A DNA stretch of 63,330 nt, counting the filler, from Reclinomonas americana ATCC 50394 (lineage: Eukaryota): NCBI GenBank assembly GCA_048213135.1. It is 16 parts of 16 records of this genome, joined end to end, with 100 filler letters (N's around TTAATTAATTAA, not from the genome) between each part and the next. Parts side by side here need not be neighbours in the genome. Positions count along the whole stretch, not along the records: positions 30,176 to 43,210 come from AFZH01020375.1; positions 43,311 to 50,291 come from AFZH01020376.1; 14 more parts are not named here. One strand, written 5' to 3'. How positions within the stretch are numbered: position 1 is the first letter of the stretch; the number at the start of each line of letters is the position of its first letter. Shown here piece after piece: positions 30,176 to 43,399 of the stretch. Below the pieces are notes generated by a model. The model was not told the origin of the DNA and did not search any database. It saw only the letters and a list, made by a program, of their open reading frames with translations. The position numbers were made by a program, and so were the translations under genes.

Positions 30176-30512
30176 CGGCAGCGATCGACCAACGAGAGAG
30201 AGCGGCAGCGATCGACCAACGAGAGAGAGCGAGAGCGATCGACCAACGAGAGAGAGCGAGAGCGATCGACCAACGAGAGAGAGAGAGAGCGATCGACCAA
30301 CGAGAGAGAGAGAAAGCGATCGACCAACGAGAGAGAGCGGGAGCGATCGACCAACGAGAGAAAGCGGGAGCGATCGACCAACGAGAGATAGAGCGGGAGC
30401 GATCGACCAACGAGAGAGAGCGGGAGCGATCGACCCACGAGAGAGAGAGAGCGGAAGCGATCGACCAACGAGAGAGAGAGAGAGAAAGAACGGGAGCGAT
30501 CGATCAACGAGA
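30176..30512. repeat. Minisatellite, ~27-bp unit GCGATCGACCAACGAGAGAGAG(CGGGA), about 12 copies
   Basis: Direct inspection; the constant core is separated only by variable-length (GA)n. Confidence 0.95.
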
Positions 30513-30669
30513 AAGAGCGGGGGAGCAATCCACATGGCGACTCTCTCTGCCTTTCCTGCCCGCACATGCCCCTTCAATATTCCGTCGGCGACTTGTGTAT
30601 TATTGAGGTGGATTGTGAGAGTGTCTACGCACTGGACAAGCGCCACAGCCGCACGCAGCAGTGGCCGCC

Positions 30670-32621
30670 TCACATGGCCGCCATGCGCACCGAGCCATCC
30701 TGCATTCACGGATGAGAAGCAATGCACACGGGAGTACAAGCAACAGCCGAGTCGCACCAGACGGATGGTTTCGCCATTGAGGTAGCTGTTCTCGAAGATG
30801 TGTGCGCAGAGGCGAGCGAACTCGGCCGGGCGACCCAGGCGCTTCGGGAAGACGACCTGCGAACGAGACAAGGTGTCAGCCTGCAATCGGCGAAGAGTTT
30901 CGTATCAGTGGCACCAAACCTGCTTGATCAGGGACTCGCGCGCCTTTTCTGGGACCTTCGAGAGCATCGGGGTCTCTGCGAATAGGTGAGAAGACTGTCT
31001 CTCTCTCTTGTATGTGTGTGAGTCGCTCACTCAAATCACCATACGCCCTCGCAATCGCTACTCACTCTTTCACTCTCTCTCTCTCTCTCAAGTGTTTGCC
31101 CATCACGTCCTGTCCTCTTTCTTCGCGCTCACCAATGATACCAGGGGCTACCGTGTTGACGCGAATACCGTTGAAAGCGCCGAGCTCACGAGCCACTGAG
31201 GGGCAGTACGCGGTAAGTGTGCGAAAGCAAAGAGCGGAGTGTACGAGATGCCGCAACTCGGGAGCGTCATGGCCACGACACCGCCTTTGCTGGCAGAGTA
31301 TGCAGCCTGACCGATCTGGCCTGCATGGATCGCCAAAATAGTGAGGGACGCGCCAAATGGCGTCGGAGTAGAAAGCTGACTATCACGTACCGTCAAAGGC
31401 AGCCACCGAGGCCACGTTGATAATGCAACCGCGCTCCTCTGCAAAGAGAAGAAAGGGTGAGTCAATCAACTCTTCCATGGATGCATTGACAGACACTCTG
31501 CGATGAAGCGCGCCGTCACGGCGGACGAGCTCCTTCCCACTCTTCAAAGGAGAGTACCGGCCTTCAAGCCGGCTCTTCTTCTTGCAAGCCATTCCCTCAA
31601 CTCTCGATTTCATGGTCGTCAATCCTTCGACTTATCCCCAAAAGATTGCACACTCTGCGACTATTTCGTCCCCCATCTCAATTGGCCAAAGAGTGAGCAA
31701 CACAATCTGCGACTCTCTGGCCCTCCATCTCTACTGGCCAATTCTCGAACTTGTCAAAGATTAAGCAACACAGTCTGCGACTCTTAGTCTCTCACTCTTG
31801 ACCTCCTTCCTCCCCAGTCCTCAAAGCTAGCAACACACTCTACGACTGTGTGGCCCTCCCTCTTGACCACTCTTCCCCTCGGCCATTGCAATGAGCAACA
31901 TACTGTGCGCCTCTTTTGCCCGCCCAAGTGATCACGCTTCTTCCCAGTCCTACAGCTCTTCGTCCCTCCTTCTTTGACCACCCTTCCCTTACCCACTCAC
32001 GATCATCATCATACGGCTTCTGCTGCGCCATGCGCTCGGCGACCAGGCGCGCCACATTGAAGGTGCCAATCACGTTCACCTCGATCACCTTGGCGAATAC
32101 CTGCAGCGGATGCGCACCGCGACGAGAGAGCACCTGCGGCAACAACGAAACATCAGACACGGTCGGCAAGTGGCAAAGTGGAGGAAACGGAAGGGACAGG
32201 GTATGTGAGAAACAAGGCTCACCCACTCTCGCCCCCTTCACCCCTCCCCGCCCGCCGCCTCCCGCACGCGCGCAACTCTCTCCGCACTGGCAATACCCGC
32301 ACAGTTGACCACTCCATGAATATCGCCAAAGCGCTCCACGACGGCCGCCACAGCCGCCTTTACCGAGTCTGGTGCGCGTGATGAGTCAACAGTCACTCCC
32401 ACCCCCTTTTCTCCTCCTACCCGCTCACCCTCATTGGCCACATTGGTCCTCACATACATGGCGCTCTTCTCGCCCAGCGTCTGCTCCATGGTCTTCCCGG
32501 CCTCGTCGTTCAAATCGAACGCCGCCACCTTGGCGCCCACCGACGCAAAGTACTCGGCGCACGCCAGTCCCAGGCCCGACACGCCGCCCGTCACAATGAT
32601 TGTCTTGCCCTCCAGCTTCAT
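30670..32621 (-). CDS. HSD17B10: 3-hydroxyacyl-CoA dehydrogenase type 2 (SDR family)
   Basis: [104 protein letters not shown]. Confidence 0.96.
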
Positions 32622-33841
32622 GGAACTGCTCGGGAGAAGAAGGAGGAGGGATCAGGGGAGGCGAAGGAGGGAGAAGGGGAGAAGAGGGGAAGGGAGAAGA
32701 GGGAAGGTAAAGGCGGCAAGCAAAGATGGAATAAGTGTTTCTGCTCCACTAAAGATGCACGATGCGTGACGAGACAACTGTGAGCACGGAACCGACAAAG
32801 GAGAGGAAGAGAGAATGCAAAGAACCGCGAATGCGTGCAGGTGTGAGAAAAGAGAAGAGCAGAGTGCAACGAGTTGCCTTCGAACACGACGTGACGAAGA
32901 AAGAACAGAGAGAGAGAGAGAGAGAGAGAGAGCGCAGAGGAGAGGAAGATGGAGCGAGACTTGCAAGTGCAATGAGTTGCCTTCGAACACAGCCCGCGAT
33001 TGCATAACGATTGCAGGAACAGGAACAGGAAACAAGAAGAGAGTAAGAGATAACACAGAGACAGGGAGACAGAGGGACACACACCGAGAGAGAAAGAATG
33101 AGAGAGAGAGAGAGACAATGCGCTTCGAACACGACATAAACAACGATTGCAGACGAAGGAAGAGGAACACACAAGCAGAAAGAGAAAGAGATAAAGACAG
33201 TGAGACAGTGAGGAAGAGGAAAACGAGAAGAGAAGTGTGAGAAAGAGAAAGAGAAACAACACAGGCGAATGCAGAGTGACGAATGAGATGAACAGAAACA
33301 GGAAGGGAAGAAAGAGAGAATGGGAGAGATAGAAAGGAAGAGGAAAAAGAGAAGAAGAGTGTGAGAAAGAGAAAGCAACAAGTGATGAGATGCATTCGAA
33401 CAACAGAGGCGACATCGATTGCAGAGTGACGAAGGAAGATGACCAGAAACAGGAAGGAGGTAGAAAGAGAGAGAGAGAGTGAGAGAGAGCAGAGAAGACG
33501 AAGTTGGTTCGAACACAACATGCGAATGCTGAACAACAACATGCGCGAGTGCGAAGGAACAGAAACATGAACATACAAGGAGGAGGAAAACAGAGAGAGA
33601 GCGAGAGAGAGAGTGAGTGAGAGAGTGAGTAAGAAAGAGAGCACAACGCATCCTCTCTCCACTGCAAGAATCTCCGCATTTCTCCCTCCCCTCTCTCCCT
33701 CTCCCATCGCCCAACTCCCTCGCACAAACACGCCTCTTCTCTCCCTCACCCACCCCTCTCCTTCTCTCACACACCTTGTCCGTCTTCACTGCTGTGTCCT
33801 GTGGTCCTCTCCTTAGCGTGTGTCTCATCACGCCCGCACAC

Positions 33842-34664
33842 ATGCGCCGCAGCTCTCTGCTCGTCAGCAGCGGCGACGCCGGAGAGCGCGGCCCTCTTCT
33901 CCCCGCCACACACGCACCACCACACACACCATCGCGCCCACGCAATGTCATCTTCGTGCCACCAGTCTCCACACTCGTCTCCTCATCAGTGCCAGTCGCC
34001 TCCTCCTTATCCGTGCTGCAACCACTGCCACCAACATTGGAGTCACGCACGCCCTCCGTGACCACCACTGCCTCGCAACAACTCCAGGGCGAGCTCAGTC
34101 GTCGCAGCAGTGCATCGTCCATCACAGGACGACGTCGCCCTTCCTCCGCCGCCTCGGCATCCGTCGTCCTCGTGCGCTCATCGACGTTGAATCGCAACGT
34201 CGCGTGTCTGGCACGTCGGCATGCCAAACCGCGTGTGCGAAGGCGCGAGACCACGGGCGATGCAGCGGCCACGTCACTGCTGATTGACTCGTTGCTCGGA
34301 ACTGGAGGCGGCGATGACAACACTGCGCAGATTGTCACGTCGCCGACGTTGGAGTATGGTGAGGAGTACGATCAGCAGACGGCGTTGTTGGCGGAGGACG
34401 AGGACGAGGATCAGGAGTCGATGTTGGCGGCGGGCGAGGACTTTGATGTGGACGCGGTGACGGTGATTGAGCAGACGGAGAATCCGTCGTGGTTTGATCG
34501 GGCGGATTTCTCGTGGTGGGGCAACTTTTTGTTTTGTGTGGGTGCGGTGGGTGCGTTGGTGGCCGCCGTTATGAGGTGAGGGAGGGGGAGGAAGGGGGAA
34601 GGGAAGGGGGAGAAAAAGGAGAAGGGAAATTGGACTTGTTGTCTGATTTTTGAGGGAGAGAGAT

Positions 34665-34695
<31 letters not shown>

Positions 34696-37600
34696 GAGAG
34701 TGAGAGAGTGAGGGGCGCAGAGCGCGAGAGGTTTGCTGGAGAATTAGACAGCGTGGAGTCACGGTGTCTGGCTCTCGAGAGACACGGAACAGGAGAAATT
34801 CGCAGACAGAATCATTGCAACAGGCAAGGAGTGAGGCTCTCGCACGGGGAGAAGGGTGAGATGAAGACTCAGAAGTTGATTGCTGTGATCGTGTTCTCTG
34901 CTTCTCGCTTGTGGAGAGAGACACTGGAGAGAGACTCGGAAGAGGAGCAATGCGCAGATGGTGTCATGTGAAAGAGGCGGGAAGTGAGAAGAGTGAGAGG
35001 AAGACTCAGAAGGTGATCGTCGTGACCGAGTTCTCTATTCTCGTCTGTGGATAAAGAACGGAGAGACACGGAACAGGAGAAATTCGCAGAAGGTGTCATT
35101 TGCAAGAGGCAAGGAGTGAGGCTCTCGCAAGGGGAGAAGGGTGAGAGGGAGGCTCAGAGGTTAGTCATTGTGGTCGTGCTTCTGCTTCTCACTTGTTGAG
35201 AGAGACACTGGAGAGAGACACGGAACAGGGGAATGCGCAGATGACGTTATTTTGCAACAGGCTAGGAGTGAGGCTCACGCAAGGGGAGAAGGGTGAGAGG
35301 AAGACTCAGAAATTAATTGCTGTGGTCGTGTTCTCTGCTTCTCGCTTGTGGAGAGAGATACTGGAGAGAGACATGGAAGAGGGGAATGTGCAGATGGCGT
35401 TATTTGTAAGAGGCAACAAGTGAGAAAGGACGAGAGGAAGACTCAGAAGGTGATCGTCGTGACCGAGTTCTCTGTTTCTCGTCTGTGGATAGAGAACGGA
35501 GAGACACGGAACAGGAGAAATGCGCAGATGGTTCCATATACAAGAGGCAGCGAGTGAGGCTCACATGGAACTGTCTTTTCTAACAAGTGGAGAAGGGTGA
35601 GAGGGAGGCTTAGAAGTTGATTGTAATGGTCTTGTTCGTGCTGTAGTCGCTTGTGTAGAGAGGACTGTGAGAGAGGATCGAATGACGAAACGAGGATGCA
35701 AGGAGTGAGACGCGTGCGTGTGAGGAAGACGATGAGCGTGAACATGTTGGTCGTGTTCCCTGGTTCTCGCTTGTGGAGATAGAACGGAGAGAAACACGGG
35801 GCAGGAAAAAATGCACAAATGGCGTTATTTTACAAGAGGCAACAAGTGACGCTCTTACAGGAGGAGAAGGGTGAGAGTAAGACTAAAAAGGTACTCATTG
35901 TGGTCGTGTTCGTGCTGTGGTCGCTTGTGGAGAGCGAGCGGAGAGAGAACGGGAGAGGAGATATGCACAGATGGTGTCATTTGAGGAAGGAGGCTGTAAC
36001 AGGAGGAGAAGGCTGAGCGAAAGACTCAAAATGTAATCATTGTGATCGTGCTCTCTGCTTCGCGCTTGCGGAGAGAGAACTGAGAAGGACGCGGGAGAGA
36101 GAGAGAGAGAGATGCACCGAACACACAACGATGGAGCTCGCTTGCTGATCTTGTTGTCGCCACCAGCTGGGAGTGTCCAGCCGGCGGCGTATGCTCGCAA
36201 GTGTCGACATACCTCGGCGTGTGGGGCGCCGCCAATTATCTGCTGGTTTGCATCACCTTGCTGCAGCATGAGTGAACAGCGTGTCGCTCACCGTATCACA
36301 TGCGCAGGACTCGATGTTGTACACACTCGACACGGTGCAACTGCACCGCTTGTACGACGGTTGTGTGTACGGAGGCGGTGGATGCAAGTCTGCACTCGGC
36401 AAGTACTTGCAGCGCATCGACTGGTGAGTGCAGCACGCACACGAGGTCGTGCGCCGAGTGACTCACTATAGAATGTCGATCAGGTACGGCTGGTCGAATC
36501 TAATCTTCCTTGTGGCCTCAGCGTTTTACATGTACCTGGCCATCATCACGCTGTCGTCCACGTACTCTTCGTTGCGTTGCGTGAGATGGCACATGCGCGT
36601 GTAACCATTCTCCTGCCCTCCGTTGATTGCATTCTCATCTTCCTGCTCCATTCTTTACCCTTGTCGACTTGCCCTCTCCTCTCCCCTCCCCTCCCTTCCC
36701 CTCCCCTCCTCCTCTTCTGACTTGCCCGCCAGCGTATTGTACGACTCCATCGACATCACCATGGCGTGGGTGTACTTGGTGGCGGCGATATTTTGCGTCA
36801 TGGGCTGGTGGTTCAATCACTACGCGGAGAGGAAGCGTGGAAGTCCAGTGCAGTACAACTTTTTTAGGTGAGAGGTGCACCGCTGCGCCAGGTTACTCTC
36901 TATTCGTGGATCTCTTTTTTGTCGGCAGCAGTTTGGTTGCTGTTCTTTAGTTGGCAGCATGTCTCCGTTCTTAATCCTGTTTAGTTAGCAACAGTGTGCT
37001 CTCTGTTCTTGGTTCCCGCATTCGTTGGTAGTTTCTCAACTTTGCTCTTTGTTCAAGTGTTTTGGCAGTAGTTTGCTCCCGGTTTATGGTTCTTTCTTCA
37101 CTTGGCGACAGTCTTTCCTCTGTTTATGGTCCGCTTTAGTTGGCAACCGCTTCCTCTCTGTTCATGATCCACAGTTGCATGCAGTTGCTCTCTGTGCTGG
37201 GCGACAGAATGCTCTCTGATCATGCTTCTTCATTTTTTGCTGACAACAGCATGTTCTCAGCTCATGGTTCTCTTCTTAGTTGGCAGCAGTTTGCTCTCTC
37301 TTCGTGCTCTCTTTCAATGGCTCATCCTTCTCCTCCCCTTTCCCCTTGATAGGATACGCCCCTCCCACCCACCACCCACTGAGCGCGACATTGAACTGCA
37401 AACCAAGGCCGGCATGCGCCACGTCATCTACCTCCCCGACCTGTGCTTCTGGGGCGACCTCTTTTACGTGATTGGCTCGGCATTCTACGTGCGTGTGGCC
37501 TTTACGTGCGATTTTATCAACTTCCGTTATCCGGCTGCTGGCCAGCGCGACTGCAATATTCTCACGATTGTGTCGAGTGCGCTGTGGGTGATTGGTGCGA

Positions 37601-38712
37601 TAATGGGGAAGGGGTTGGCAAAGGAGAAGGGGTAGAGGGGAAGGTGCAGTATTACTGCCAATCTACTCTGCTTGCACAACACGATCGCACTTGCACCGGC
37701 TTCCCATTTTCTGCATTTCTTATCAGCGTAAGCTTTCAACAAATCTCTATCTCTTTTATATTCTTCGTCCATGGGACATCTTCGCCACTTGCTTGGACAC
37801 TGTCACGAGGCTGCGAGGGGATGTGTCCCTCTTCCTTCTCTTCTCCACCGCACCTCATAACTGCTTACCCTATTTCCCCTCCCTCTTCTCTTTCCTTCTC
37901 TCCGCTTCCCGTTCTCACTTCATTCTCTCTTCTTTCTTACATTCCCCCGTCCAAAGCTTCTCCGCCCTGTTTTCGCCCTTTCTATTTCTTCCTCTCTTCC
38001 TCTCTTCCTCTCTTCCTCTCTTCCTCTCTTCCTCTCTTCCTCTCTTCCTCTCTTCCTCTCTTCCTCTCTTCCTCTCTTCCTCTCTTCCTCTCTTCCTCCG
38101 TTCCTCTCTTCCTCTCTTCCCCTCTTCCCCTCTTTCCCTTTCACTCTTTCCCTCTTTCCCTCCAGCTTTCTCTTTCCTGTTTTCTCCTTCCTTATTCTTC
38201 CCTTCTTCCTCTCGTCCTCTCTTCCTCTCGTCCTCTCGTCCTCTCTTCCCCTCTTTCCCTCTTTCCATTTTCCTCTTTCCCTCTTTCCCTTTCCCTCTTT
38301 CCCTCTTTCCCTCCAGGTTCTCCTTCCTGTTTTTCGCCCTTCCTTATTCATCCTCTCTTCCTCTGTTCCCCTCTTCCCCTCTCTCCCTCTTTCCCTCTTC
38401 CCCTCTTCCCCTCTTCCCCCGTTCCCCCTTTCCCTCTTCCCCTCTTCCCCTCTTTCCCTCTGCTCCTCTCACCTCTTCCCTCCCTTCTCCCCTCCCGCAG
38501 ACTCACTCTTCTACTTTGGCGCCCACTCGCTCGCCTCACGCTACGTCGACGCGTACGACTCGGACCCCATTCCCACGGCGCCGGGTGTCGACCCCGAACT
38601 GATGGCCGACGAACCGCGAGACATGGTGCGGGAGGACCTGCGCCGCGTGTCCTCCCAGCTGGCCATCAAGCAGCCGTACGTCACCGTGGCGTCCACGATG
38701 AGCGTCCAATGA
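33842..38712 (+). CDS. Multi-pass membrane protein with a disordered N-terminus and repeated YrhK-like helices
   Basis: Repeated W-G/S-N/D-xx-F-xx-G/A-S motifs: WWGNFLFCVGAV, GWSNLIFLVASAFY, FWGDLFYVIGSAFY; several hydrophobic exons; last exon 38501-38712 ends STMSVQ*. The family label is tentative. Confidence 0.7.
34770..36090. repeat. Degenerate intronic tandem repeat (~130-150 bp units)
   Basis: Recurring blocks GAGACACGGAACAGGAGAAAT, AAGACTCAGAAG and TTCTCTGCTTCTCGCTTGTGGAGAGAG. Confidence 0.8.
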
Positions 38713-38768
38713 TGTACTGTAAGTAAACGATGGCGATGCTCGTACACTTTTCTTTTTTCGTTTCTTCT

Positions 38769-41188
38769 CTAAAACACAGGAATGAAGGACGAGTACCACA
38801 AGTGTGCGACTCGGCGAATGGGATCCAGCACCACGTAGCAGAAATTGAGTGGCGTCTCCCGGTCGAAGAAGGGCGTGCCGTTGCATTCGACCTGCGTCAC
38901 CTCGAAGGCCTTGGAGATCACCTCGGGGTTGCCGGTGTGGGGGTTCTTTTGCACGCTGTGCGGGGGAGGGTAAAGATCACAGCATGAGATGATCACTGGT
39001 AGATGAAAGAGATAGAGGGAAAAGAGATTGCACACTATCATTTCTCGCTCTCCCTCGCCTGTTGCATAACTCTCAGGGAACGTGTGCATCAGGAGGACAA
39101 GTGAGGCTCGAGATCAACTCACATGCTGTCCTCTTGTTTCAGAGCGCAGAAAGCGCGTACATCAGGAGGAGACGAGAGTAAAGAGCGATGAACATGCTGC
39201 TCTCTTGTTGGAGTACTGCTCAGAGGAGCAAGTAACGATCGACTTGCAAGCTGCTCTCAACCTCCAGAAGTCCTTAGAGAGCATCAGGAGGAGACGAGAG
39301 CAAAGAGCGATGAACATGCTGCACTCTTGTTGGATAACCGCTAAGAGGAGAAGGTAACGATCGACTTGCAAGCTGCTCTCAACCTCCAGACAAGAGGATA
39401 AAATCGATACACAGGCTGCTTTTGTTCCATAACTTCTCGCTCAGTGTATGGAAGAGAGGGTGAAGATCGACTCAAAAACTGCTCTCTTGTTCTATCGTTC
39501 TGTGTGCGTGCGCATCAAGAGGAGAAGAGAGTATGAGGGCCAACTCACTAGCTGCCCTCTTGTTGCATAACTGCTCCGTGAGCATGTGCATTAAGGGGTC
39601 ACAAAACTGCTTACTAACTGCATCTCAACAGCTCAGCGTGCACAGCAACAGGAGAAGAGAGGGAAGAGATGAACTCGCATGCAGCACTTTCACCCCTTGC
39701 TACGAAAATGTCCAGTTATCTGAAGAGAAGAAGAGAGGACATAGGTCAACTCACACGTTTTCTCGTATTGCACGACAGCTAGTGCATCAAAGACCAGAGT
39801 ATAAAGATCTGCTCATAGACTCTTCACGTACTCACACATTCGCATGTTCTCCTTGACTAGCAGGTTACAAGCTGCGTGGATGAGAGAGAAGAGACTGCTG
39901 TGTAGGAGCGAGCGACTGCGTGGCTCGAGAAGTGCGCTATGATTTGTTTCACAACCGCTCAGAGCGTGTACATGAGAGAGCGCGCGCGTGTTATTAAGAC
40001 TCTCACCCTCTGTTCCCCACTCTCCTCCTTCCTCTTAATCTCCTCTCCCACTCTCCTCCTTCCTCTTAATCTCCTCTCCCACTTCCCTCCTTCCTCTTTA
40101 TCCTCCCTCCCACACCCCTCCTTCCTCCCTATCCTCACTCCCCTTCCCTTTCTTCCCCTTCCCCTCTCCCACCTCCTCACCTCACCAAATCCTTGTAGAT
40201 CGACTTGCACGCCTCGGTCAGCGGCGCCACCGTGTCCTCGTACTGATTCAATCCACCGCCCGTGGCCAATCGCCTGCCAGCAATCACTGAGTCTATGTAT
40301 CTGCCCCTCGTACCTTTCCCTCTCATACCTCATCACGTGATACACAAACTCATTCTTCTCCTCCTCCGAGAACAGCTCGGCCGACGGCGACTCCTCCGAC
40401 AGGAACATCTCGCGCAACCGATCGCTCACCGTCACCCCATCGTCTAGGTACACATCGAAACACTTGACGATGGAGCCCGTCTCGCGCACCACCTCCTCGC
40501 CCTCCGACAGCTTGTCAAAGAAGCTCATGCTCAGCACCGAGCAGCCGAGCTGGCGCGCCCTGACCGAGGTCACGGTGCCGGCGAATGGCTGCCACACGCC
40601 TCCGTGGGCCACCACCTGCGCGATGAGGGTGAGGATGAGATGCTGGGAAGACAGACAATGAGGTGGCGCAAGGTGCGCACCTGGAAGTGTCCCTGCACCG
40701 CCTCGCTGTTCAGCAGCTCGACCAGGAACGGCTCGATGTGGGACGAGGAGACGTGGGGGTCGTAGCGGAAGGAGTGGAGGCTCATGTGGGCCTCCAGGTC
40801 CCTGTGGGTGGGGTGAAGGGCGAGGGATGAGATGAGGAGAGGAGTGAGGAGTTTGGCATAGAGGGATGGGAGAGAGAGAGAGAGAGGCTTGCATGGAGAA
40901 TGAGAAAGCCAGACAGGTGCAGAGCAAGACAGAAAGACGGGGGACGGGAAGACGAAGAGGCAGAGACGGAGAAAGAGCGAGAAACAGTGTCCCTTGCTTC
41001 TTCTGTCGCCTTCATTGGTATTCTTGCTTCTTCTCAATGGCACACTGTCTTCTCTCTCTGTCGTCTCTCTCTCTCTCTCTCTCTGTCTTCCCTCTCTGGC
41101 TTCGCTCTGTCTCTCTCTCACTCACAGCCAATCTGTCTCACTCCCTCGCGTTCATTCTTGCTCTCGTCTCACTCTCGTCTACGCTCTC

Positions 41189-41231
<43 letters not shown>

Positions 41232-41829
41232 CTCTCTCGCGCGCGCGTTCTCTCTTGTTCTTTTCTCACGCTCTCGTCGCCCTCGCGTTCTCTCTTGTTC
41301 TTGTCTCACTCCTCTCTCCTCTCTCTTCTCTCCTCTCTCTCATCTCTCCTCTCTCTGCCATCGCTCTCATCTCCTTTGTCCTCGCTCTCTTCTCAAGAAC
41401 ACCAACGAAGGCGACAGAGGAAGAGGGCGTTTCGGCAGTTGTCTCGAATGATCACACTCGAAAAGTGAGGACACTCACACACAAACACACACATCCACAC
41501 ACGTACACATGCACAAAAGAGAGGGGAGAGAGGAGAGAGGGCGAGAGAGTGAGGACAGAGAGAAGATCATCTCAAAATCTGTTGCTGTCTTTCTCACACA
41601 CACTCTCTCACACACTCTCTCCCTCTCCCTTCCTTTGTCTCCTTCTCCCTCTCTCCTTCTCCACTCTGTCTACGCCACCAAACCATCAACCACTCCTTCC
41701 CGCGCAAAATCTCTTTCCCTCTCACTCACTCTCCGCAACGCACCACTTCTTCAGCAGCTCCTTGTGCTTCTCAAACCCGCGTCCCTCAAACGGAATCGAC
41801 GTCACCGTCCACTTCAGCTCCTCAATCAT
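38769..41829 (-). CDS. CFAP300: Cilia- and flagella-associated protein 300 (C11orf70/DNAAF17), dynein arm assembly factor
   Basis: CSVLSMSFFDKL..VVRETGSIVKCFD..VSDRLREMFLSEES..LFSEEEKNEF, NQYEDTVAP..KSIYKDL, SVQKNPHT, FCYVVLDPIRRVAHLWY follow the conserved C11orf70 motifs in order. Confidence 0.92.
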
Positions 41830-42916
41830 CTCTGCTCGCAAAAACGCACTGAAGAAAAAACTGCAGGATGAAATTTCGAACAAAACTGGTGCATGAATTC
41901 GGACTCGTGGGTGGGCATGCAAGGAGCTGCAGGATACATGGTGTTGTGCGTAATGTCAAGGGGAGCCGATCGGCAACGAGATCGAGCAACGGACGCAGCG
42001 ATGAACCCCAGTATCGCAATTTGTATTGTCGATATCACGATGTAACGCACGACAACAACAACTTTACCTATCCAAACAGCAACACAGCTGCATGATGGTT
42101 ACCATCTTGAGTGAGCACCAGAAACTCAGACTCCCGGGGAAAACGAAAGAAAGTCGCGATGGCTAAAAAATGCTGGCGTTTCTGCAACAGAAACCACGGC
42201 TCCTGTCTCTGGATTCCAAGAGCTCACGGGGTGCGCGTGCTGGCCGACAGCAATCTATCAACAGCAGCTATCTCGATGCTCACTTGCAGACCATATGCAT
42301 GTCGAAAACAAGATACACGAATCATTGCAGCAATTGAGTTTGAATTCGCACATGGAAACAACCTGAACTGCGATCAGCACTCTTGTCAGCAGGGACCGTC
42401 AGCGTCGGTGACAGGTAGGCCACGTTTTGCATTCTTCTGTGGATTTTGCCGGTGCAACGTGCATTTGGCAGCAAGAGCAGGCTTGAAAATCGTTCCTCTC
42501 GGTGATGGAAACCAAGCTCGACAACAAACTTTCCGGGAAATCAAAGTCGAGTTCGATCCAACTTCTCAAATGGCAGTCACAGCTACGATCTGGCCGAAGG
42601 AGCAGGCGCGAGATTGTAGTGCATACTAATGCAGACTCCTTCCCAGCTGCAGCTGCCTCGTTGCGCGCTTCCGCTGCGACATCTGTATTCCAATTGCAAT
42701 TTCGTACGCATTCGACTTCGACCACCATGCTGCAGGCTCAAGCAATGCTTCGTATCAATGGACCTCGATTCCGCTAGCTTGCATTCCCCGCCCGATCCTC
42801 GAAAAACCCAATGGAGATCCAATACTGGACATTTGTCGCATTATTGGAATGTGGTGAATGAAGTGTTTTGTTGTAGGTCGCCAATCGACCGATTGACAGC
42901 ATTTCGCAAAGCAGAA

Positions 42917-43105
42917 ATGGGTTGTTGCCAGGCGACGCCGCAACCCGTCTCCTCCCCTCCACCTCCTCTCAACACCACCTCCTCACCCACAACCACAACA
43001 ACAACAGCAGCGGGTCCCTCACGAACAGACGCGACAAGGAGAGAACCAGAGGCAGTGGAACTGCAGCATGTTCGACTAAGTGCAAGTGAGTGTGAGGGAG
43101 AGAGA

Positions 43106-43145
<40 letters not shown>

Positions 43146-43362
43146 GAGAGAGAGAAGAAGAAGAAGAAGAGAGAGGAGAGGAGGAAGTGTGTGTGTGTGT
43201 GTGTGTGTGTNNNNNNNNNNNNNNNNNNNNNNNNNNNNNNNNNNNNNNNNNNNNTTAATTAATTAANNNNNNNNNNNNNNNNNNNNNNNNNNNNNNNNNN
43301 NNNNNNNNNNGAGAGGGAGAGAGAGAGAAGAATAAGAAGAAGAAGAGGCAGAGAGGGAAAGT

Positions 43363-43399
<37 letters not shown>

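Noticed and set aside
30176..30512. CRISPR-like regular repeat
   Set aside because: Intervening sequence is only variable (GA)n, with no unique spacers and no cas genes, in a eukaryotic context.
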